DNA of 64,000 bases from Saprospiraceae bacterium (GTDB lineage Bacteria > Bacteroidota > Bacteroidia > Chitinophagales > Saprospiraceae): contig JADKDE010000001.1 of the NCBI GenBank assembly GCA_016718505.1, positions 32,038 to 96,037 of the forward strand. The letters run 5' to 3'. A program made the position numbers and the translations under genes. Positions 41,162 through 52,105 of the stretch are shown here, one piece after another (position 1 is the stretch's first letter; each line of letters begins with the position of its first letter). The notes under the pieces are model-generated. The model saw only the letters and a program-made list of their open reading frames with translations. It did not search any database and was not told where the DNA came from.

Positions 41162-41731
41162 TTACTGTATTTCTTTTTCAAATTTGTCGATATTCTTCCT
41201 GCCGCTTCCTATTCCCAACTCGTATCGTTTGAAATCCTGGCTACTTCTGAATCCATACCCTCGGACCAACTCTCCGTTGATATTGGAGATTTGCACAAAC
41301 CTAGATGTTTCCAAGATTCTTGTATATTCGTTCCAGATCAATTGTTGGGTAGTCATTTTGGTCCTTTCTCCGTATAAGGTCTCAAAGGCAACATGGTCCC
41401 TAAATATTACTTCGCCTTTTACCAAATCTCTATATCCATAATCAGCTCTTACTTGACTTTGAGGCGTTGATTCGCCTTCGAAAAACTCGACCAAAACTCC
41501 ATCCGGAAACTCTTGGGCAGCCCTATCAGATATATAAATATTGCGCATGTGTTTAGCCGTAATACGCAATCTGACCTTGGCAGAATCGCTATAAAGTATC
41601 GTGATGCTGTCTATTTTATCTATTTGCGCATCATCTTTAGTGTAGTACTCCACTCTGGTATCTGCTGGATCTTCGCAACCTAGTATGGTACAGAAAAAGA
41701 CGATTGGAAAGCAAACTAGAATATATTTCAT
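41162..41731 (-). CDS. Lipoprotein, possibly LptC-like (OstA-fold) LPS export component
   Basis: It has a lipoprotein signal (..FFCTILGC). Its size of about 190 aa and the pattern FPDGVLVEFFEG...GEVIFRDHVAF...QQLIWNE...GYGFRSSQDFKRYEL resemble Bacteroidota LptC. I cannot confirm this without a profile search. Confidence 0.45.
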   Translation of the reverse strand: MKYILVCFPIVFFCTILGCEDPADTRVEYYTKDDAQIDKIDSITILYSDSAKVRLRITAKHMRNIYISDRAAQEFPDGVLVEFFEGESTPQSQVRADYGYRDLVKGEVIFRDHVAFETLYGERTKMTTQQLIWNEYTRILETSRFVQISNINGELVRGYGFRSSQDFKRYELGIGSGRKNIDKFEKEIQ

Positions 41732-41752
41732 TAAAAAAAAATTGGCAAAAGT

Positions 41753-43123
41753 CTAAAGTAAAGTATTAATCAGAACCAAAAATATAATACAAATTAAATC
41801 CAAAAGAAGCCCTGCTTTTAACATATCCTTGGAATGAAAAGTTTCTGTTGCATATCCGATGGCATTGGGTGCAGTAGCGATGGGCAGTGCAAAACCAACG
41901 GACGCCATCAAAGTCGCCCCAATCATGAGTTGTTGTCTGTCGATACCCGCTGGAAGCTCCATAATAGCCACGATAGGAAGTATGATAGATGCAGTAGCAA
42001 CATTGGATGCAATTTCACTTAAAATTACAATTATGGCAAATAAAATAAAAAGGCTTATGGCTATGGGCATCGTATTCACCCAATTCAATATCGAAACGAC
42101 CTTAGTCGCCAGTCCAGATTTCTGGATTCCTTGAGCCAATGCCAAACCGCCACCAAATAATAAAAGTACTTCCCAATGAATATTTTTAGCCAAATCCCAG
42201 GTACAAAGGCTTCCTTTGCTTTCTCTATTCGGTATTAAAAACGCCAAAACCACGACGGCTAGAACCATGATGGTATCGTTCATTCCCTTGAGATAACTAT
42301 ACCACCAAAGTGATCCTGAAATCCAACCAACGACCAAAATTCCAAATAGGGTTAATACAACGCGTTGATTTGGGGATATGGCCTGAGCTTTGGCTTGAAA
42401 GTTTACAACTTTTCCCTTTTCCACCCTAAAAATAAAAATTAATAGCACCCAACACATGAGTAGCAAAGCGATACTGATGGGTAATCCAACTTTCATCCAA
42501 GTCCAAAAATTGACAGTACTTCCTAGAAGTTCTTCGCTCATTGCTTTAAAAATGGCATTCGTTGGGGTACCTACCAAGGTAGCCATGCCTCCTATCGAAC
42601 AAGCATACACAATGCCTAAAATAAGGGCTTTTTTGAATCCGTCGTCCTCTTCATTTTCTAGGATGGCCAAAGCCAGAGGTATCATCATGACGGCAGTAGA
42701 TGTATTTGATATCCACATCGATATAAGTCCCGCCAATAGCATCCAAAAGAGGATCGTACTCTTCTTTGAAAGTTGAAAAGTATTAAGCATTTGATTGGCA
42801 AACAGCCTATGTAGGCCATAATGTTCCAACATTTTGGCGATGATAAAACCACCAAGGAACATCAATATGGTTTCATTCGAATATTCGGCGGAGGCCTCTT
42901 TGAAGGTTATTATATTTAAAATTGGGAATAAAATCAAGGGTAACAAAGCCGATATAGCTATAGGGATACATTCACTCATCCACCAGATAGCAATCCAAAG
43001 AGTGATCCCTAGGGTCAGTATTGCTTTCGAGTCCTCGGGGAACTGATTACTCATCCAAGCAAAAAATAGAAAAATTAACGGCCCAATTGTTTTAAAAAAT
43101 AAGTCCCAGCTTAGTCTTTGCAT
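41753..43123 (-). CDS. SLC13/DASS family anion (sulfate/di-tricarboxylate):sodium symporter
   Basis: It is a polytopic membrane protein. The motifs WISNTSTAVMMIPL and SNVATASIILPI are typical of DASS hairpin loops. The start is probably ATG 43123 (MQRLSW...), which avoids overlap with the upstream gene. Confidence 0.7.
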   Translation of the reverse strand: MQRLSWDLFFKTIGPLIFLFFAWMSNQFPEDSKAILTLGITLWIAIWWMSECIPIAISALLPLILFPILNIITFKEASAEYSNETILMFLGGFIIAKMLEHYGLHRLFANQMLNTFQLSKKSTILFWMLLAGLISMWISNTSTAVMMIPLALAILENEEDDGFKKALILGIVYACSIGGMATLVGTPTNAIFKAMSEELLGSTVNFWTWMKVGLPISIALLLMCWVLLIFIFRVEKGKVVNFQAKAQAISPNQRVVLTLFGILVVGWISGSLWWYSYLKGMNDTIMVLAVVVLAFLIPNRESKGSLCTWDLAKNIHWEVLLLFGGGLALAQGIQKSGLATKVVSILNWVNTMPIAISLFILFAIIVILSEIASNVATASIILPIVAIMELPAGIDRQQLMIGATLMASVGFALPIATAPNAIGYATETFHSKDMLKAGLLLDLICIIFLVLINTLL

Positions 43124-43124
43124 T

Positions 43125-43667
43125 TCAATCGAATTGATTTTCTTGTACGATTCCCTTTGTTCCTTTGAAAAACGACTCAATATATTCTAAATCTTTTTCT
43201 GAATCGTCGGTTGGGTAAAATATTTTTCTAAAATCAAATTCTTTTTTTTCATTATTTAATTTGGTCAATAAAATAGGCACTTTGGCCTCCATGGCAATAA
43301 AATAAAAACCAGTTTTAAGCTTGGTGACTTTTTTGCGGGTGCCTTCTGGAGCAATGGCTATGGAAAATCGCTCCTTGCTATTAAATATATCTGCTACGGC
43401 TTCTACATAATTCGAAGAATGAGATCTATCAACTGGATAACCACCCAAAGCGCGAAAGAAAAAACCATATGGAAACTTAAATAAACTTGCTTTTCCAATG
43501 TACTTAGAGTCCATTTCCGCAGCACTTCGCACCAAAAGACCTAAGGGAAAATCCCAGTTAGATGTATGAGGTACAACAGCGATGACATATTTTGGCAATT
43601 TTGTATTCTCAACGCCTAAAATTTTCCAACCCCATATTTTTAATATAAATCTCGCTATAACTCCCAT
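43125..43667 (-). CDS. 1-acyl-sn-glycerol-3-phosphate acyltransferase family protein
   Basis: It has the HX4D motif HTSNWD and the APEGTR motif. Confidence 0.75.
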   Translation of the reverse strand: MGVIARFILKIWGWKILGVENTKLPKYVIAVVPHTSNWDFPLGLLVRSAAEMDSKYIGKASLFKFPYGFFFRALGGYPVDRSHSSNYVEAVADIFNSKERFSIAIAPEGTRKKVTKLKTGFYFIAMEAKVPILLTKLNNEKKEFDFRKIFYPTDDSEKDLEYIESFFKGTKGIVQENQFD

Positions 43668-43727
43668 CTATTTTTGCAACTTGGTTGTAAATTTAAATAA
43701 AAAGGTGAAATTTGCGTTTTATTATTC

Positions 43728-44411
43728 ATGAAACTTTTTACAATCGATCTTATGAAGCATTTAAAATTTATTGCTTTTTCTTTGCTTACATTAGGTTTTT
43801 TTGGTGGTTTTCGCCCACCTTCCTTGAAATTGGCTTTATTAAAATACAATGGTGGCGGGGATTGGTATGCCAACCCCACTTCCCTTAAAAATTTGTCCAA
43901 ATTTTGCAACGAAAAATTGCAAATGTCACTTGATCCAGACTATGCAACGGTAGAAGTTGGAAGCCCTGACATATTTAATTTTCCATTTGTGCATATGACA
44001 GGACATGGAAATGTGGTTTTTTCAGATTCAGAAGCTGAAAACCTAAGGACCTACTTGTTAAGTGGCGGTTTCTTGCATATTGATGACAACTATGGTATGG
44101 ATCCATATGTAAGACCAAATATGAAAAAAGTTTTTCCCGAATTAAATTTTATAGAACTTCCGTTTGATCATCCGATTTATAAACAAAAATTTGAATTCAA
44201 GCAAGGTCTCCCTAAGATCCACCAACACGATGGCAAGGCAAGTAGAGGTTATGGATTAATCCATGAGGGCAGATTGGTTTGTTTTTATACTAACGAGTGT
44301 GATTTGGGCGATGGTTGGGAAGATCCCGATGTGCATAAAGATTCAGAAGAAACTAGACAACAAGCATTGAGGATGGGTTCTAATATCATTAGATATGTCT
44401 TTACCCAATAA
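43728..44411 (+). CDS. DUF4159-like protein
   Basis: LKYNGGGDWYANPTSLKNL, HMTGHGNVVFSDSEAENLRTYLLSGGFLHIDDNYG and GLPKIHQHDGK match my recollection of DUF4159. Confidence 0.55.
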   Translation: MKLFTIDLMKHLKFIAFSLLTLGFFGGFRPPSLKLALLKYNGGGDWYANPTSLKNLSKFCNEKLQMSLDPDYATVEVGSPDIFNFPFVHMTGHGNVVFSDSEAENLRTYLLSGGFLHIDDNYGMDPYVRPNMKKVFPELNFIELPFDHPIYKQKFEFKQGLPKIHQHDGKASRGYGLIHEGRLVCFYTNECDLGDGWEDPDVHKDSEETRQQALRMGSNIIRYVFTQ

Positions 44412-44462
44412 AAAAAGGAGCTAAACTTTCATTTAACTCCTCCCTAAAATTTTTAAAAAATT

Positions 44463-44864
44463 TTATCTTTTTAAGAGGTCTCTAATTTCTCCCAATAGCG
44501 TTTCAGTAGCAGATGGTGGCACTGGAGCCGCAGCTTCTGCTTTCTTAGCTGCATTCACACCCTTTACGATCAAAAACATAACAAAGGCAACAATGATGAA
44601 ATTGATGATGGCAGAAATAAATTTACCATACAAAATGGCAGATTCTGGTGTTGTTACTTTTCCATCTGCGCCTACGACTGCTTCTGAAAGAACTACTTTA
44701 GCTTGAGCAAAATCTCCAAATTGGAAAATTTTACCCACCAATGGCATAAACATACCATCAACAAATGAAGATACAATCAGACCAAATGCAGTCGCCATCA
44801 CAAGACCTACTGCGATGTCAATGAGACCGCCCTTCATGGCAAATTCCTTAAATTCCTTTAGCAT
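44463..44864 (-). CDS. mscL: Large-conductance mechanosensitive channel MscL
   Basis: The protein is 133 aa. The N-terminus MLKEFKEFAMKGGLIDIAVGLVMATAFG is diagnostic. Confidence 0.9.
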   Translation of the reverse strand: MLKEFKEFAMKGGLIDIAVGLVMATAFGLIVSSFVDGMFMPLVGKIFQFGDFAQAKVVLSEAVVGADGKVTTPESAILYGKFISAIINFIIVAFVMFLIVKGVNAAKKAEAAAPVPPSATETLLGEIRDLLKR

Positions 44865-45058
44865 AATTATAAAGATTTAAATGGTTAAAAATTTCGTTTA
44901 GACGTTTTAATGACCAAAAGTAATGTAAAAATCTAAATGCTTAACAATAAATTGATCAGAAATTATTGAATGGATATTTCCTATTTAAAATAATTAACTT
45001 TTTTGGACAGCGTCCAATACTTCGTACCTAATTTTATTTCTCGAAAATATGTAAAAGC

Positions 45059-48000
45059 CTAATTTTCAATCTTTTTCTCGGCTACAGCCGCTTCCTCTGG
45101 ATTTACATCTTCAAGGATGGTCATCAAAAGATTGCGGACATCTCGCAGTCTAGGAACTTGGTCTTTGATCATAACCATGGTTTGAGTTGATTGCTTAAGA
45201 TGTATTTTGTATTCATTCCCTTTTTGAGCTAACAATTGGATAAAATGTCCAAAATATTCAGTCTCATAAAAAGACGATTGAGGATTAGAAATGAAATAGC
45301 ATTGCAGTTTTTTATTTTTATACAATAATCTCTCAAATCCCAGCTTTTTGCAAAGCCACCTGATGCGCAATCCTTCGAATAATTCTAGGACAGGAACTGG
45401 GATTTTACCAAATCTATCCTTCATTTTTTGGCTATAATTGTCGAGTTCTTCCTCACTTTCCAGTTCGTCCAACTCCGTATAAAGGCTCAATCTTTCGGCA
45501 ATATTGGATACATACTGGTCTGGTATCATCATCGGGACATCTGTATCGACTTGTACCTCTTTTATATATTGTCGATTCTTGGACAAATCTTCCTTGAATA
45601 CATCCTTAAACTCAGTCGATTTTAATTCGAAGATCGCCTCCTCTAGGATTTTATGGTAAGCATCATAGCCTATGTCAACCATAAATCCACTCTGTTCACC
45701 TCCTAGCAGATTTCCTGCACCCCTTATGTCCAAATCTCTCATGGCTATTTGAAATCCACTGCCAAGTTCATTGAATTCTTCGATCGTTTTCAATCGCTTT
45801 TTGGATTCTGTCGTCAAAACCGACATGGGTGGACAAAACAAATAACAATAAGCCTTTCTGTTTGATCGCCCTACCCTACCCCTCAATTGATGCAAATCGC
45901 TCAGTCCAAATTGGTGGGCATTGTTGATGATTATAGTATTTACATTTGGGATATCCAGCCCTGTCTCGATGATATTGGTACACATCAACACATCAAATTG
46001 ACCTTCGATGAAATCCAGCAAAGCAGATTCCATGGCTGCTGGATCCATTTGGCCATGAACTGTAACAACAGAAACATCGGGACAAATCCGCTGGATTAAT
46101 TCGGACATATCCATAAGGGATTGGACTCTATTATGGACAAAAAACACCTGACCTCCTCGAGCCACTTCGTAATAAATCGCTTCCTTTATCACCTCATCTG
46201 AAAACACTTTTATCTCAGTTTGTATCGGCTGTCTATTGGGTGGAGGCGTTCTTATAATGCTTAAATCTCGGGCAGACATCAGGGAAAACTGCAGTGTTCT
46301 AGGGATTGGGGTTGCAGTCAATGTCAAGGTGTCGATGTTCACTTTGAAGGATCTCAATTTTTCTTTTGAGGCTACACCGAATTTTTGCTCCTCATCTATG
46401 ATAAGCAAACCCAAGTCTTTAAACCCAACATCCTTGTTCAAGATGGCGTGAGTACCAATGACGATATCAATCTTTCCATCCTTCAATGCTTGAAAAATTT
46501 CCTTCTTTTGCTTGGCAGATTTAAATCGATTCACGTATTCAACAGTACATGCGAATGGTTCGAGTCGAGCTGAAAAAGTCTTATAGTGCTGCAATGCCAA
46601 AATAGTGGTGGGCACCAGAATCGCCACTTGTTTCCCGTCTGAAGCAGCTTTGAAGGCAGCTCGAATAGCTATTTCTGTTTTTCCAAACCCTACATCACCG
46701 CAAATAAGCCTGTCCATCGGATATTCCTTTTCCATATCGCTTTTGGTATCAATGGTGGCTTGAAACTGATCTGGCGTATCCTCATAGAAAAAGGAAGCCT
46801 CCAGTTCAGTTTGTAAATATCCATCGGGCGGAAATGCATGACCAACTGATGCCCGTCTTTTAGCGTAAAGCTTTATCAATTCTCCTGCAATATCCTTAAT
46901 TTTTCGCTTGGATTTTTCCTTGGTGAGTTTCCAAGATTCACTGCCCAATTTATTAAGACGAGGCTCTGTACCTTCTCTGCCTACATATTTTGTTATTTTA
47001 TGCAGTGAAATGATGGAGACATAAAGAACATCATTGTTTTGATATATCAATCTCACCGCCTCTTGCATTTGACCATTGACCTCAATTTTTTGAAGGCCAG
47101 AATATTTTCCAATCCCGTGATCTATATGCGTCACAAAATCACCAGGCTGCAACTCTTTCAAAAGCCGAACACTCAATGCTTGGTCCTTGGAAAATCCTTG
47201 CTTGAGCTTGAATGAATGATGTCTTTGAAATATTTGGTGATCTGTATAACAAGCCACCTTCATCTCTTTACAGATAAACCCATGGTGGATGGATTTCATT
47301 ACAGGTATAAAATCAACTTTAGCGTTTAAATCTTCGAAAATGGCATAAAATCTTTCAACTTGTTTGGCATTTTCTATAAAAATATAATTGTTGATCTTGA
47401 CTTTTGAATTGGCTTTAAGATCCTCGATAAGTAAATTAAAATTTTTGTTAAACGAGGGTTGTGGACCAATATTAAAATTTATTTTTTGGCCAACAGGAAG
47501 CATTTCATGCTGACCATCCATGAGGATTAATTTTTTTTCTAAAATGGCTTCAGATATTTCAAAGGGTCTTATGAAAGCCCTTTCCTTGATTAAAGTTGCT
47601 ATTTCACTGGCATCAAATTTTTTAATCAATGATGCGTATTCTTCTGCTTTCTCAAAACAAATCTGCAATCTTTCGACCAAAGCATCGTATTCATAGAGCC
47701 AAATGGTTGTATTTGTTGGCATTAAACTTAAAAATGATACTTTTTCGCTTTCGGAGAATTGGGTCTGAACGTTAGGGATGATGGTTACCTGGGATATATT
47801 CCTATTCGATAACTGAGTTGATGGTTCAAATGTCCTGATACTTTCTACGGTTTCGTCAAAAAGTTCAACTCTGTATGGGTATTCATTTCCATAAGAAAAA
47901 ATATCTATGATGCCTCCTCGGGTTGCAAACTGTCCTGGCTCATACACAAAATCAGCTTTTTCAAAGCCATACTCTAGCAATACTTCTACTAAAAAACCAA

Positions 48001-48490
48001 TATCGATGGGTTCATTTATACTAATATGTATTTTATTTTCGGCCAAAGCCTCTGGTGCAATTACTTTTTCGAATAATGCCTCGGGATAGGTGATTATGAT
48101 TTCACCCAAAGCCGTGGCTGATGAAATTTTATTGATAACCTCCGTCCTTTGGAGTACTTGATTCGAATGAATCTCTGCAAACAAGCCAGGCTTTTTGAAT
48201 GAATCGGGTAAAAAAAGGATTTCTTTCGGCTCTAGGATGCTCGATATGGTATTCTGAAGGTAGGCCGCTTTTTCCTTGTCTGAAGCTATGATCAAGTGTA
48301 TGCCTTTGATATGCCTATAAATACATCCCATCAAAAAGGCATCAAAAGAACCAGCAAGTCCACCCAATTGAATACACTTTTGCTCATCTTTTTCAAAAAA
48401 AGCAATCAATTCCTTAGTGTGGTTATCACTCCAAATTTTTTGGATTATTTCATCAATGGGATTCACAAATAATAAGCGATATTTGCCCAC
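45059..48490 (-). CDS. mfd: Transcription-repair coupling factor Mfd
   Basis: The protein is about 1140 aa. Motifs are CGDVGFGKTE, DEEQKFGV, TATPIPRTL, QLRGRVGRS, plus a CarD-like segment (GDFVTHIDHGIGKY). It starts at GTG. Confidence 0.9.
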   Translation of the reverse strand: MGKYRLLFVNPIDEIIQKIWSDNHTKELIAFFEKDEQKCIQLGGLAGSFDAFLMGCIYRHIKGIHLIIASDKEKAAYLQNTISSILEPKEILFLPDSFKKPGLFAEIHSNQVLQRTEVINKISSATALGEIIITYPEALFEKVIAPEALAENKIHISINEPIDIGFLVEVLLEYGFEKADFVYEPGQFATRGGIIDIFSYGNEYPYRVELFDETVESIRTFEPSTQLSNRNISQVTIIPNVQTQFSESEKVSFLSLMPTNTTIWLYEYDALVERLQICFEKAEEYASLIKKFDASEIATLIKERAFIRPFEISEAILEKKLILMDGQHEMLPVGQKINFNIGPQPSFNKNFNLLIEDLKANSKVKINNYIFIENAKQVERFYAIFEDLNAKVDFIPVMKSIHHGFICKEMKVACYTDHQIFQRHHSFKLKQGFSKDQALSVRLLKELQPGDFVTHIDHGIGKYSGLQKIEVNGQMQEAVRLIYQNNDVLYVSIISLHKITKYVGREGTEPRLNKLGSESWKLTKEKSKRKIKDIAGELIKLYAKRRASVGHAFPPDGYLQTELEASFFYEDTPDQFQATIDTKSDMEKEYPMDRLICGDVGFGKTEIAIRAAFKAASDGKQVAILVPTTILALQHYKTFSARLEPFACTVEYVNRFKSAKQKKEIFQALKDGKIDIVIGTHAILNKDVGFKDLGLLIIDEEQKFGVASKEKLRSFKVNIDTLTLTATPIPRTLQFSLMSARDLSIIRTPPPNRQPIQTEIKVFSDEVIKEAIYYEVARGGQVFFVHNRVQSLMDMSELIQRICPDVSVVTVHGQMDPAAMESALLDFIEGQFDVLMCTNIIETGLDIPNVNTIIINNAHQFGLSDLHQLRGRVGRSNRKAYCYLFCPPMSVLTTESKKRLKTIEEFNELGSGFQIAMRDLDIRGAGNLLGGEQSGFMVDIGYDAYHKILEEAIFELKSTEFKDVFKEDLSKNRQYIKEVQVDTDVPMMIPDQYVSNIAERLSLYTELDELESEEELDNYSQKMKDRFGKIPVPVLELFEGLRIRWLCKKLGFERLLYKNKKLQCYFISNPQSSFYETEYFGHFIQLLAQKGNEYKIHLKQSTQTMVMIKDQVPRLRDVRNLLMTILEDVNPEEAAVAEKKIEN

Positions 48491-48701
48491 AAAGGTACAA
48501 TACTGATGCTATAATTATTTATTTTATACAACACTAAGGTGATGAGTGAGCTAATATTTGAGAATAACTTATTTGAAAAATTAAAATTTCACCTGTATCT
48601 TTGTGGGCTTTAAAGTCGAAAAGTCAAATAATATCAATACATTATATTCGACTGCTTGACTTTTAATTCTTAATTATTTTAACACAAAAACAAAACATTA
48701 G

Positions 48702-50940
48702 ATGGATCAATTGATTTATTTTATTCCAATATTTGGGATCATCGGACTGATATATATGCTATATCTGAGTTCTTGGGTGACAAAGCAGGATGCTGGTGAC
48801 GCTAAAATGGGCGGCATAGCCAATGCAATAGCAGAAGGAGCTCTAGCATTTTTGAATGCTGAGTACAGAATCTTAGCCATATTTGTCGCTATAGCTGGTA
48901 TTGCTTTAGGTATTTTATCGCAAATGGTCGCGACATCGCATTGGTTTATCGTTGTTGCATTCGTCATAGGGGCTGTTTTTTCAGCCGCAGCAGGAAATAT
49001 CGGTATGAGAATTGCTACAAAAGCTAATGTACGTACCACCCAAGCCGCTAGAACTAGTTTATCCAAAGCGCTACAAGTATCTTTCAAAGGAGGAGCTGTA
49101 ATGGGTCTTGGTGTAGCTGGATTAGCCGTTTTTGGACTAAGTGCTGTATTTGCTATTTTATACCTATGGTTGGGCAACGGTGTTTGGCCAGGTTATTTAC
49201 AAATGTCAATCATATTAGAAGCCTTGGCTGGTTTCTCTTTGGGTGCTGAATCCATCGCCTTATTTGCCCGTGTGGGAGGCGGTATTTATACTAAAGCGGC
49301 TGATGTTGGAGCTGACTTAGTAGGGAAAGTTGAAGCAGGAATCCCTGAAGACGATCCTAGAAACCCAGCAACAATAGCGGACAACGTAGGAGACAATGTA
49401 GGTGATGTTGCAGGTATGGGAGCCGACTTATTTGGTTCTTATGTTGCGACTGTTTTGGCTGCAATGGTATTAGGAAATTATGTTATTAATGATATGGGAG
49501 GCCAAATTACCGATAATTTTGGGGGAATGGGCCCAATACTACTTCCTATGGTGTTAGCAGGACTTGGCATTATTTTTTCCATCATCGGTACATTTTTCGT
49601 AAGTGTAAAAGACGAGGGAGCCAATGAAAATAGCGTTCAAAAGGCTTTAAATTTAGGAAACTGGTCTTCAATCATACTTACATTGATTGCTTCATTTTTT
49701 GTAATAAAAGGTATGTTGCCTGAAACTATGACCATGAATATATTTGACGATGGAAAATTTGTACCTACAAGCGTTTCGTCAATGAATGTATTCTATGCGG
49801 TCTGTATAGGACTTTCTGTAGGTGCATTAATTTCCTCTATCACCGAATATTATACTGGTCTTGGTAAGACTCCAGTAATGAATATAGTAAAACAATCAGC
49901 AACGGGTGCTGCAACCAATATCATCGCAGGTCTTGCAACGGGTATGATGTCAACAGCTATGCCCGTAATCTTATTTGCTATGGCTATTTGGGGTGCTTAT
50001 GAGCTTTCTGGTTTCTACGGTGTGGCTATCGCTGCTTCTGGTATGATGGCTACAACAGCCATGCAGTTGGCTATCGATGCTTTTGGGCCTATCGCAGACA
50101 ATGCTGGTGGTATCGCAGAAATGAGCGAACTACCTAAAGAAGTAAGATCTCGAACAGATATTTTAGATTCTGTAGGAAACACAACAGCTGCCATTGGTAA
50201 GGGTTTTGCGATTGCATCTGCCGCTTTGACGGCATTGGCGTTATTTGCAGCCTATGTCACATTTACAGGTATTAATGGTATTAATATATTCAATGCAAAA
50301 GTTCTTGCTGCCTTATTCATAGGTGGTATGATTCCAGTGGTATTCTCAGCCTTTGCGATGAGTGCCGTGGGAAGAGCCGCTATGGACATGGTGAACGAAG
50401 TTAGAAGACAATTCAGAGAAATACCAGGTATAATGGACGGAACAGGAAAACCTGATTACAGCCGTTGCGTAGAAATATCTACACAAGCTGCATTGCGCGA
50501 AATGATGATGCCAGGAGCTATAACCATTATCACTCCTATCCTTGTAGGATTTATCATGGGAGCTGAATCTTTGGGTGGTTATATGGCCGGTGTTACTGTT
50601 TCTGGTGTTATGTGGGCTATTTTCCAATCGAATGCTGGTGGTGCTTGGGACAATGCTAAGAAATCATTTGAAAAAGGTGTAGAAATTAATGGAAAAATTG
50701 AATACAAAGGCTCTGAAGCTCATAAGGCAGCTGTAACGGGTGATACCGTTGGAGATCCATTCAAAGATACTTCTGGACCATCTATGAATATTCTTAATCA
50801 AATTAACTTGTTTAGTGGGATTGGCAATTGCACCTATATTAGGGCAAATGGCGGGTCACGGTCACACTTCTACCAAGGTTGAAAAAGAAGCAAAGACTAT
50901 CACTTATCAACCAACAAAAGCGATACCCGCAATAAAATAA
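48702..50940 (+). CDS. hppA: Membrane-bound proton-translocating pyrophosphatase, with a single-base frameshift about 48 codons before the true stop
   Basis: Motifs GGGIYTKAADVGADLVGKVE, DNVGDNVGD and GDTVGDPFKDTSGPSMNIL are present. After NIL the annotated frame becomes nonsense (NQINLFSG...). Dropping one A at 50796..50797 gives IKLTCLVGLAIAPIL...AIK and a stop at 50938..50940, 24 nt before a terminator. Confidence 0.85.
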
Positions 50941-50963
50941 ATTAATCATTATTGATTAGAAAA

Positions 50964-50992
50964 GGGGCTGCAAGCAATTGTAGCCCTTTTTT
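50964..50992 (+). terminator. Rho-independent terminator after hppA
   Basis: Hairpin ggggctgc-aagcaatt-gtagccc is followed by T6. Confidence 0.7.
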
Positions 50993-51315
50993 ATTTATAA
51001 AAAAAAGAAATATTTATTAAAATCACATAAATATTAGGCTTTCGATATTTAATATGTAAATTAAATCTATTTGGCAAATTTACCTCCTATATATTTTTAG
51101 TTTTTTGATTCAAGTCAAATTATTTTTCTCATTTTATGCAAAATTATATTTTCAGCAATATAACATTTTGATTTTTCTTTCGTTTATCTATAAAATGTTA
51201 TTTTTATTTTGTGACTTAATCGTCAAGTTAGCGTATAAATAACACTAAGCAGCAGTAAAATCTTTACCCATATCCTTAATTTTTAAAATTTAAATAATAG
51301 ATAGAACACATCCCA

Positions 51316-52092
51316 ATGAGAAAAGTACTAATGGCGTTTGCCTTAATTTTAACTTCAAGTTTATTCATCAACGCCCAAGAAATCGCAACAAACCCTAAAT
51401 TCATCATTTTCACCGACCTAAGCTCTCATTTCAAAGGTAATCAAGCATTGAATCTTGGATTTCAAAGAAATTTTGGAACTACTTCTATTGCTGCTGAAGC
51501 TAATTACTATTATGGCTATAGCTTTTCAAATAGTGAAGCAAGTGCAAAAAAGAACAATACAAAATTGAACACGGCTGACAGAAATTTAGGTTTAGCTGTA
51601 ACTTACAAAAAGGTGTTCGCTGATAAATCATCTTTCAACACCATCAAACAATTTTATATCGGAGGAAAACTAGGGCTTAACAAACTGAACTATGTCCACA
51701 CTCAATTGATCCCTAACAATCTCAAAAGTGCAGAAACTCCACAAGATGTTTGCAATTGCACAGAGAAAGAGAACAATCTATACTCTACTTCTAATACCAG
51801 AACTGACGCAACGGTACAGTTTGGCTATCAAAGTGTTTTAAAAAATGGTTTATTCTACGACCTTTCACTAGGTACTGGGTTGGCTATGAACTTTGCAGAC
51901 ATTACTTCTGGGTCGAATTATACCAATAATTATTGTGCAATTACTGATACATATAACTATACCCAAAATAAAGGAAATGCTTGGGAGAAAAACATGGCAT
52001 TGAACAACAATGGTGCCCCAGGATTTTCACCAATCTTTTTAACCCAAGTATCGATTAAAATCGGTTGGGCAACATCTAGGCAAAAAAATTAA
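51316..52092 (+). CDS. Hypothetical secreted protein (possible beta-barrel outer-membrane protein)
   Basis: It has a signal peptide (MRKVLMAFALILTSSLFINAQ). I recognise no family motif. Confidence 0.5.
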   Translation: MRKVLMAFALILTSSLFINAQEIATNPKFIIFTDLSSHFKGNQALNLGFQRNFGTTSIAAEANYYYGYSFSNSEASAKKNNTKLNTADRNLGLAVTYKKVFADKSSFNTIKQFYIGGKLGLNKLNYVHTQLIPNNLKSAETPQDVCNCTEKENNLYSTSNTRTDATVQFGYQSVLKNGLFYDLSLGTGLAMNFADITSGSNYTNNYCAITDTYNYTQNKGNAWEKNMALNNNGAPGFSPIFLTQVSIKIGWATSRQKN

Positions 52093-52105
52093 TTACCTTT
52101 GCGGG

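Noticed and set aside
43655-43909. ORF 43655..43909(-), which overlaps the start of the DUF4159-like gene.
   Set aside because: It has no motifs and overlaps a better-supported gene on the other strand. It is probably the promoter region of the acyltransferase gene.
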